A DNA stretch of 61,754 bases, counting the filler, from Catajapyx aquilonaris (taxonomy: Eukaryota), in NCBI GenBank assembly GCA_000934665.2. It is 4 parts of 4 records of this genome, joined end to end, with 100 filler letters (N's around TTAATTAATTAA, not from the genome) between each part and the next. Parts side by side here need not be neighbours in the genome. Positions count along the whole stretch, not along the records: positions 46,428 to 61,754 come from KZ539698.1; 3 more parts are not named here. The stretch is one strand, 5' to 3'. The notes under the pieces were generated by a model. The model ran no database searches, was not told where the DNA came from, and saw only the letters and a list, made by a program, of their open reading frames with translations. Of this stretch, positions 51,649 through 61,754 are shown piece after piece (within the stretch, counting starts at the first letter, position 1; every line of letters begins with the position of its first letter). Position numbers and translations under genes: made by a program.

Positions 51649-54600
51649 GGAAATGCAAAAGCAAAGTTCTTGGCGGCAGATATCGAGTCGCCCCACACAG
51701 CCTTACTAAACATTAATGTTTAGGACTGATAGCATTGATGTGTATAGGCCTAAGCTCCTTATCAGCGCCAGTATATTTGGCTCCCAAGCAGGATGGATAT
51801 TTAGATATTCTAATGGGGCCCCGATAAGCAAAACCCTGGAAAATAAAGATAAATGGAAGATAGTGGGTAGGAAATGATAAAAAGCGGGTCTGGAAGGTGG
51901 TGATAAGAGGAGAGAGCGAGATAGGGGGGGAGGCNNNNNNNNNNNNNNNNNNNNNNNNNNNNNNNNNNNNNNNNNNNNNNNNNNNNNNNNNNNNNNNNNN
52001 NNNNNNNNNNNNNGGGGGGGGGGGATGGGGGCTTGGTTGGCCAAAATCCGCATGCGGCCAGTTGCGGCTACTGGCGTGGCTAGCACTGGATCAAGCCCGG
52101 GGATTTCAATCTCATCGATAAGGGGGACCCACATCGGAAAGGAAAAAAGACCCCCAAAAAATGAGAGGGGGGGTATTAGCAGTGCGGGTAGAGATTGGCG
52201 CGTTGATAAGAGTAGTCCAGGCGAAGGGAGGGCCGATGGATAAAAACAAAGGACAACAACAACAAAAAACTGGACTAGTCACATCTCGACGCGGCGTAAT
52301 GGACGTTTCGTGTCGCTGATCTGCCTTGACTTGTTACGACTCGTGTAAATTATTGCAGGCAGTTCCTATTTTGTATTCTTTATCTGGTCCACCTTCATGC
52401 ACTATTGTTTCTTATAGTTGGTGATGAGTCTTCTTAGATCCTTACTTCAATGGGTACTCAGACTTCCTGCCGCCCTATTTTCTATATGTTAATATGGAAT
52501 AAATGTATGGATGCTCGATAATTATACCGCAGAAAAAATCAAAATCTCACCAATATGTAGGCTACTGCCTATACTATAAATGTGCAGACACGTCATTAAC
52601 TGTTCGTTGTGAATTTGTAATAAAATGGCATAAAAATAAGCGTCACTGAAACATGGAATACCGCTTTCTACTGTTTATGCAGGACAATCTCACAAAGTCA
52701 GTATAAATTAGCTTATATATACCCCAGATCCTTGTCAGTATAATTGGCCCGAAGAAATAGATTATGAATGGCTGTGGCATTATTAAATCATGTTCAGGGT
52801 AAATATAAATACTGTATTATTCTATCAATAACCTCTAATTTCTTATATCTTTCTGTCATACACTATTATTACGGGCTTTCTCGCCGCAATGGTCATGTAA
52901 CGCAAATACCATTTTCGAGCATAATTTTTTTTTTTTGTTGCTCTATCAGAATGTCCTCCATAGGAAATAAATAGCCCCTATCCGGCCTACTGCCGGGGCA
53001 ACGGATCTGCCAATACGATATTTTTGCACCATAATACTGTCCATTTGTGCTTGAGAACCTCGCAGCGATAACTGGTGAAAAGTTTCGGCTGTAAATTCGG
53101 TCCATTTTGAAGCTATTCATGTGGCACCCTATGGTATTGTTACAACCAAAAAATATACAAATCATGCGGTGGATGAAACAATAAAAAAAAATCAACACCG
53201 ACAAAGTTGCCGGTGCAGCTCGGGTATTGATAAATCAACCAGCTACAAGCAAGCCCACATTATTACACGGCAAAAAACATTCACGCAAATTCCAAAAATT
53301 ACGAACTAGATTGTCCAGTGTAATTAGCCTTGACATAACGAATGTTCAAGTATTATTCTCATCGCCATGTACCGTTTATATTCAACCAAAGTCTCCAAAA
53401 AATGCGGTACAACTGACTGCACCGAATTCTACTCAACATGATTTGTTTGCGAAACATGCCAGACTTAAGACGATTTAGTAATGAGTACTCAAGAGTCCCC
53501 AATAAATCGAAAGCAGCAATATCAGGTTTTCTAGCACCACGAGCCAGTCAAGACTATATGTTACATATACAAAACAAAAAAAAGACGGATAACGTACATA
53601 AGGTCGCCTAGTTATTTGCACGATTTTACCTTCCCTTTTTTTTATATTCGACAGAGAGAAAGAGTGGGTGTGCAGACCCCTGATAGGATCTGACGGAGCC
53701 CACAAGTGTATGTCTGATGTGGACTCCAACAAATTGGAGGTAGGACGGCCGGCCCAAAGAAGAGCTAATTTACAGCCGTCACAAGTTGGGGAAAGGGAGA
53801 AGGAGGGTACGACTGAAGAAGGTGGGAGTTAGCCAGCCTTTCTAATCTACTGATGCAATCCAGTAAATCCTAGTCCAATTTCTCTGACGCAAGGCCTCAT
53901 CCACCATTTTTCATTAGGTCAACTCCCCCTCCCCTTCCAAATCATTCTAATCAATCTAATTATTCAAAATCACTACTAAGGGTCACGCTAACATGCTACT
54001 GCACTGCGGCCAATTTTTCTGATCCGATTCTATATATTGCAGGCTAGTGTCCAGCATCATCACTGATGACGAAATGATGGACGATATTTTTTTCCCCCCA
54101 TCCTTCCCCCCCCCCCCTCCCCCCTTGTGCTGCCACTGCGCCGGGGCTCATCCCCTTTTGCCACATAGAAATTCTTATTTTTGGGTGGAAAAAGTGCAGA
54201 TAAAAATCCCGGGAGAGTTGGGAGAGGAGGAGAGACGTGAGATGGAAGGAAGAAGCCCGAGGAGATCCGAATCAGTCTGAAGAGTCGGCCATTAGGACTG
54301 CACGGCAGCAGCCGTTGCGCAATTTATCAGTAGGAGGCCCAACTTTGCCAAATTTCCTGAATTCCTTGAGTGATATCGAAATCAGAAATGCATGAAAGGC
54401 AAGAGAGAGAGGGGGGGCGGGTGGGAGGGTACAGCAGGGGTTGGGAGGGGGGGAGGGGTGGATACCAGATATCTGCGCCACTTGCCTGGCCCCGTATCGG
54501 TGATTTATTATTTTTATCTGTCAAAAAGCTTGGTGTGGCAGCACGATTACCGTGCGGGATAATAATGACGTGCCATTAAGGCATCCCAAGTTATTTTGGA

Positions 54601-57600
54601 TTTCGCATTATCTTTCTTCCCTCTTCCCACTCACAAAAGGAAGGATGGAGACGAGCCGTCGTCGCGCCAAACGTGAGCAGCATAATTATTATGCCCCTCA
54701 CTTGCATAAGACACTTCCAGACTCTCTGATGAGCCGCAATTTCCCTCTTCTCATCTCACCCACCCCCTATTCTTCCCCACCCTCCACCTCCTTACAAGCT
54801 CACCTTATAGGAGGATAATGCACTGCATATGCTCACTTCAATCCTCACTAGAATTGGATCAGTGCTTTTTGGTCTTGACCAAAAAACATTCCGTAATTCA
54901 TCCAAAGTGTAATATTATGAACAGGTCTTCGGGAGGATACCCAGTTGCCCCCGACACACCTAATCAAGTGTGGCAGTAATTTGCATACATATATGCCAGA
55001 TATATCTGGATAGGTAAGGCAGGCAACAAATATTTCTAGCTTTGCAACACAGCACATTGATAATAGTTGATCAACGTCAACAGTTACATGCCATGTCATA
55101 CTCCAAGCCAAGTCCCAGAGTCAGCTCACTGGGCCTATATGGAAACAACCATGAGAACTGATTTTTTTTAAAAAAAAACGACAGTTATCGGGAAGATAAA
55201 AATACATCGTACTTGGCATAAAATATAGGCATCAGGTAAGGTCCACTTGCACTGCGTCAACTTGGCTTATTTCCAGTGACCCCCGATAAAAGTCTCACGT
55301 TTTCCAGATGTGGACTGTTTCCAACTATTTTTGTCGACTTCTACCTACAACTGTTCAAAAAGTAAAGCACACAAACAAATATGCGACAGGGAACTTGGCT
55401 CAAAATAATATTGCCAAGAAAAGTCGCTGCATTATTTGAAATACTTGCACAGAAATGGCTGAGTGTGGTGTGACACCCGTCTTCAAAAGTGCTAAATTAA
55501 TGATATTACATGTCTTCTTTCCTATATATACGTCACCGTTCTAATGCATTTTTAACTAAACCGTAATGAAATTCCGACTGATACATGGAAAGGGAATCTC
55601 GTCAGAAGCAAATGTGAAATAGCAGAATATTTCTTGGTCCTCAATGTCAGTCACTTTTGGATGACACTATACCGCATACCCCGCTTTACAGTCTGTTTAA
55701 TCATTCAATGGAAAGCCACTCGCCTGCTGGCAAAAGATATAAGGCAAGTCTAAATTTCGATTGAGCGACTGAAACATAAAGTAATCATCCTGACCGACAA
55801 ACGCATAAAGCCTATGCATATTCTGCCATAAAATGATAAAATATCAATAATCTTGTTTACTCAAGGCCTTTTTTGCTTACACAGCTTGTGATTTCTTTGA
55901 ACGCTGGATAAAGCACCACAAGGATAAAGAACAAACCACTAAAGCAAAGGTTATTCATTCAATTTTTCGCAACTGACGTGCACACTGGTCAGAGAACTGG
56001 CTCAAGCTAAAAACTGCTCACTTGTTTAGTATACCGTGAGTCGAATGTTTATCCTAACTGTCTACAGCAACCCTCAAGGCACTTCCTTCCACCAGGAACG
56101 AATAACTTCCAGGATAAATCTCTCCTCGAATTTATACTGTGACTTGGTTCTACCATGTGGCAGTGCCTATATATCTGCATTTGTGATATACACTACACTG
56201 TAAACGAGCTGCAATATTTGAACCTTATCCTAATTAACATTCGCAAGCATAAAACCACATTATGAGTTATATAGTTATTATGCTCCCGCTGCTGATTTAC
56301 TTGTGCAGTCATTATTTTATAAGTTACATTAATTCCATTTTGTACTCTTTTGTATGCTGAATGATTAAGCAAATCTCTGAAAACTGTTAGCATGCATTTT
56401 GTGGCTTCTACATAATTATAGTGCGGCCTCATAATTTCTAATCCATAGCACTCGAGTATTATCAAAAGATGATGTAAAATGAGCTATCTGGAGACACCCT
56501 CCATAATACTGTTAATGCAACCACATCAGCATGAGAAAAATGCATGATAGTAAGCAGTATAATACTGTATCATCACGGGGGGGTGTTCCTCATCAATTCC
56601 GGTTATATGACGCAAAGAAATTCCACTGGAATACCATAGGCTTTTGGAATTCGGTCCATTTACAGGCCAATCGTGCTAATACTGCCTCTGATCCTTTCCG
56701 TCACTTATCGGCCACACCTGCAACGTGCACATTGTCCACTATTGTAATGTTCGAGCGACGTGTTTTAAAAATAAGCCGTCTCAAATGGCACGCAACCTGA
56801 CGATAAGAAATGAGTATGCAAAGCTGACATCATCCATTGCACAGCTCCTCCTCAGCAGTTTTGCGTCAAGGCGTAATACGCCTTGAAATATACAACCCAA
56901 CGCCTTTGAGTGAGTCTGATTACAGCTACTGTAATGCCCAACGTGATGAAAATGCCTCCTCGAACACTGTTTCTTACACCCGGTCCTATTAAACTTCAAC
57001 ATACAGCGACTCCATTCTCACACACTAAGTTTCTACGTATTAAGCCACGCTACTGTGTCCGGGCCAAGTGCCCTTCTGCCTCCAAATTGCCTCTTTATGC
57101 CAAACAAGTTATGGGACTCGACACGTCTTCGCAAACACGGTCGTACACACGGAACAGGTTGGCAGTCCCACAATAACTCCTCGGTATAGCATATAGAGTC
57201 CACGCGCACGCTCGATGGGAGCGCAGACCTTCATCATCGTCGGGCTTGCATGATTCGACCTCAGCATAGTTTACTTGGCCGACAACGTCGGGACGACTCG
57301 GAACCCAGAGCTTCGCCACTTCATACATGATTCGGATGTTTTGTGTATGTTTGATGAAGCCTAGAAATGCGCGGTGTTATGATATTACGCACGGGACGGT
57401 GTCGGATCAATCCTCCGGTGCCGCCGCCCATTTACGAGCCCAGTACTTCCTATACGCTTTAATCATTTATTCACTCGTCGCGATGACTGACGCTACAATA
57501 GCGACAATGACACTAACAATTCAGGTACCATTCTCTGCTGGATGTAAGTTACAGCTTCTTTGATTGTATTGCTTGAATATTCTACGACAACCGGTATGAT

Positions 57601-60600
57601 TATGCGCGCCCTTATCGAGACAGAATTCCAAGGCGACACTGTATCAGCGTAACAGCACAAGTCGCATGGGCACACCGCGTCAATAACGCTTCAGTCACTT
57701 ACAGCGCGGTCCTATCGATGAATGGCCACATTATGAAGTGCAAACATTCTCCTCTCTTACACAAACCCTATCATTATGTGCCTAAACTCACCATTCAACC
57801 GCGTTTCCCAATCTCAGATAAGGAGTAAGAATTGACCACGTCGGCTATTCATCAACGACCAGGATCATCATCAGAACAACTATGACGCACCTGCAGTTTA
57901 CATACCTATCTTTTCCCTCGCTCACTTAGCTATGTATACCCCTCAAGTGCATCGCACCAGATGCATTCAGCCCCCCCCCCCNCCCCCCCCCCCCCCCAGC
58001 GCAGAGAGATAGAGACGTTCGCCACAATAGGTGCCAACAGCAGGAGAAACATGGCGCCATCACACATGCATATAATTATACGACACGCGCGATGTAATAT
58101 TGCCTGGATATGGGCAGTCGATTCGCCGACGCGATATACGTTGCCCATAACTACACTGTAACTATACCTGCCTCGTTCTGTCTCTCCCAGGCCTATATAG
58201 CAGGGAAGGCGTGTTACATTATTTTCTACTCCAGACTCTTATCGTCGCACTGGTGGGAATCTGTCCAGGACCCAGGAAAAACCTGCGGTAGGTAGCAGGT
58301 TGGTGAGGTGATAGCCATCGTGTGGCTGCTATCAACCACCTACATCTAGGACTCCCCTCCCCTCACCGCACCTATAAACACATGGCTCCCACTTGCGGTC
58401 TCTCTGCTCTCATGCCCGAATTGGTCAATGTCGCATAGGGTCTCAGTAGTTCTGTCAAGATGATATAGGCTTATCACCATGTTGTGCATACCTCACGTCC
58501 ATCCGTGGTAACCTACCACGATAATGTTATATATATTTATCAAATTTATATTATCAAACAGGCACCGACTAGTGCCCTTATAGTACAGATAGCCCACCCT
58601 GAAACACCTCTCCCCCCCTCCTCCCCTCCATCCCAAGAAATCACGGAATCACGGCATCCAGCGTATTTCACACGTGGACTGTATCGACCCAGTCGCCGGC
58701 GATGGATAACCACCACCTTGCTCTTACACACTACTCGCCTCGGGCACGCACCCCATACACTCACGCACATATTCACACATTATTTTACCAGTCATCTTGA
58801 ATGCAGTAGATGGGTGGGGTTTTCATGTGGGGTTGCTGTCAGAGGGAGGCCGGGTAGTTATAGAACCCCCCCCCCCCCCCCCCGTTTTGGGTTTGGATCC
58901 CTAGCTCTCCCTGCCTCCAATTCATCTTAGCCCATTAACTCTCCCATCCCGGCCTTCTATCGGCAACCAATGCATCACCTAGCCCACTGACACTATCACC
59001 TCCTCACATTCGGGATTCCCTCCACCACTGCAAATGAGCCCGGTCCTAGCTCACACAAAAAAACTGGGGGGAAAACCGACCCGAAAAAAAAAAAAACGCA
59101 CGCACTGGGCATACTCTGACTGGTAGCATCATCCCAAGCACATTATTAATTAGGCAACTATGATAACAATAACCCCCCTCATTTGCGTCATGCCATACCT
59201 TGAAACTCACCTCAGTCGCACCAACCGTGCAATGAAGAGCAATGCAGTGTCAGCAGAGCCCACTCTTTTTTATATATATTATTGTTATCGTGCGCCGACT
59301 TCAACTTCCGTCAAAGGTTCTCGACCTTATCTTTTCCTTTCTCCGCCTTCTGACAACGAGTTATCGAAATGCGACGTTTTTTTTTTACCTCCTCTTTTCT
59401 TCTCTTTTTTTTTTGGTCCTCTTCAGCGATTTTTCCCCCTGTAGACTACCACCAGATGAGACTAACAAAGTGCATTTTTCAAACCGCAACATATGCCTAC
59501 TGCAAAATAATCTCTGGAAGCCCGTCAAGTATTGTTCAAAGTAGACGCTGGTCACGCACACCCTGCTATACCTTGCGCAACTTCTGACCTTCCCCAACAT
59601 GTACCGGCCGGGCCATACCGTACCCCCGATGTTTCCAATGACACACCAGGGCAATGGACATAGGAAGGAAGGAGGAAAGGAAATGTTTGGTGCTATTTAA
59701 TCCTTCCTGAAGGGTATGAGGGGAGGGGGGAATAGAAGAGGGGGGTCGTGCTGCTGGGGAGCGGAGTAGAGAGCAGCAACATTTTGAGCCGGGAGATAAA
59801 TAACACGCAAGATGAAAGTTAAGCTGGCAGTCTTGCTGCTCCATACTGATAAGGGGGGCCTGGTGCACGTGCAAGCCAAACTGCCTGATAACAGAGGTCG
59901 ACGTGATGTCGCCAAAACATCTCTCCTCTATCTGCATTATTCAGATACTCACATCCAGATAAGCGAGAGCAACCCACCCACCCCTCACTACCTACCGACC
60001 AACCAGCTCCGAAAGTTCCCATACCAGGTATCAACTCATATATTTTGCACTTGCCCAAAAAAAAAAAAAAAACATGGGTGCTAAATTTTTCGAACCGGTT
60101 TCTTCCCGTAATTGATGTCAGAATTAGGGTAATTGCAATTCAGAAATGCGGCTCACTCTGGTCAACTTTGAAATTTATAACAGACAAGCAGCTCCGTATA
60201 GTTTCGAATGATATATGACAGTAGTAGGTCACTTCCTAGCACGATCCTTAAATCACCTGACCCCGGGGTCAAACTGACCTGAATCACAAATCCGGCGCTG
60301 TTGACACCCAACGGTATTATCAGTCCCAATTTCTTCGATAACTGCCGAGGGACTAACTACGCTTATCCATTTTGTCCTCACACTGCATGGAAGAAGTAAA
60401 CGATTTTCTCTCTTCTCCTCTCTTTCTTTCTTTTTTTATATATATACCACCTCCCTCTCTTACCCCCCCTCTCTTCTTCCTTGTCTCCGCGACGGAGCGA
60501 TTTTTTCTCTCTCTCGGTATAGTCACGCTCTTATCGCCAGTTGGCAGCGACTGAAAAAGGCTTCTATCGATTGCACTAAGATGATCAGGCAGCGATATAT

Positions 60601-61754
60601 GCCCCCACTCCCCTTCCTCCTTCTTCTAACCTCCCACACCCTAAAAGATTAGACCTGCCTCTCAATATTGGAAAAAAATAATGGCCGATGCACAAAATCA
60701 ACGGCCAACCCCCCCAGTACATCCAATTACACCGTACTTGCCGCCATATTTAGTCCCAAGAAAAATCCGCCAGGAAAAAAAAGTTCGTCCTTTCTATGCC
60801 ACCTATCCATTCAACAGTTTTTTTTTGAGGGGGGCCAATACCCCCCTTTTCCCCCCAGTCCCCACCCCGTCGTCTCTCTCCCGCAGGAATGATGAGCGTG
60901 AATAGGCAAAGGATATCAAGGCAGGACAGTGTGCCTGTGCTGGGTGGGCCAGCCTGATAAGGGGNNNNNNNNNNNNNNNNNNNNNNNNNNNNNNNNNNNN
61001 NNNNNNNNNNNNNNNNNNNNNNNNNNNNNNNNNNNNNNNNNNNNNNNNNNNNNNNNNNNNNNNNNNNNNNNNNNNNNNNNNNNNNNCCCCCCCCCCCCCC
61101 CTCCATCCAACCAAATATGCGCCCGCCCCCACCTTCTGTCCCAAACGCCAAAGTGAACGGGACAAAAGTCCAAATCGGGACACCCCCGTCCCGAAAAAAA
61201 AAGAAGGGCCGGCCTAATTGGAGGAGGCCGGACGTCGTCACCTCAGGGGCTTGGTAACTCAGGTTGCAGTGGCGGCCATAAATAAGCCTAATGAATCGAT
61301 GCTGGCTGGACGATAAGCAAGCCCGGAGTGCCAACCTGCATCCAGATGCCCATCTGGCCAAGACAGACGACACACCAGTTCGCAGATACGTGCGTTGGGT
61401 GGTCCTCAGGGTTACATACCAAGCGAATTCGCCTCCCTCTATACCCCGTACCTGACATCCGCTCCGTTCCTTATTCACCCCCGCTTCCGGTCCGTTCCTT
61501 CGTCTTAACTTGGTTCCTTCCTTCCCCACTCCCCAGCTAAGCCTTTTGTGATTGACGTATCTCCTCGAAGCAGTTTGAGGCTGGTGCGATGGAGCGACAA
61601 GAAGAACATCCAGACTCACGCAGAGCGACACAAGATGAGGGAGGAGGAAGGAGGGGAGGATGTGGTCCAAAAGGGGAGGCTGAGACACAGACACACGGAC
61701 CAAAAACTGCTGGGCCGCATTTCCATGTTATCGGAGAGCAGGGGAGGAGGGGGG

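Noticed and set aside
57095..57328. Coding-looking 77-aa ORF
   Set aside because: No recognisable domain, splice context or partner exons.
60750..61703. 317-aa ORF
   Set aside because: Spans an N gap and low-complexity sequence; no domain.

Overview
Eukaryotic (invertebrate metazoan-like) genomic DNA. It is four unrelated ~15.3-15.4 kb contigs joined by artificial 100-bp N44-TTAATTAATTAA-N44 linkers (contigs 1-15359, 15460-30875, 30976-46327, 46428-61754), so adjacency across linkers is not biological. Contig 1 has no recognisable transposons and is densely packed with frameshifted, unidentifiable ORFs in divergent/convergent pairs, with weak internal paralogy and a RING-like Cys cluster. 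It is a candidate fragment of a large DNA virus or endogenous viral element, with no hallmark gene seen. Contig 2 is a transposon graveyard: an Academ XPG/Cys8 pseudogene, two Gypsy-like LTRs, two V-domain tRNA SINEs and many MITEs. Contig 3 holds a disrupted Harbinger element (transposase plus MADF-BESS partner), a 1.8-kb foldback element with a 9-bp TSD, an intact spliced THAP plus ~16-C2H2 zinc-finger gene (898 aa), and a tandem paralogue reduced to a THAP-only ORF. Contig 4 is essentially non-coding.
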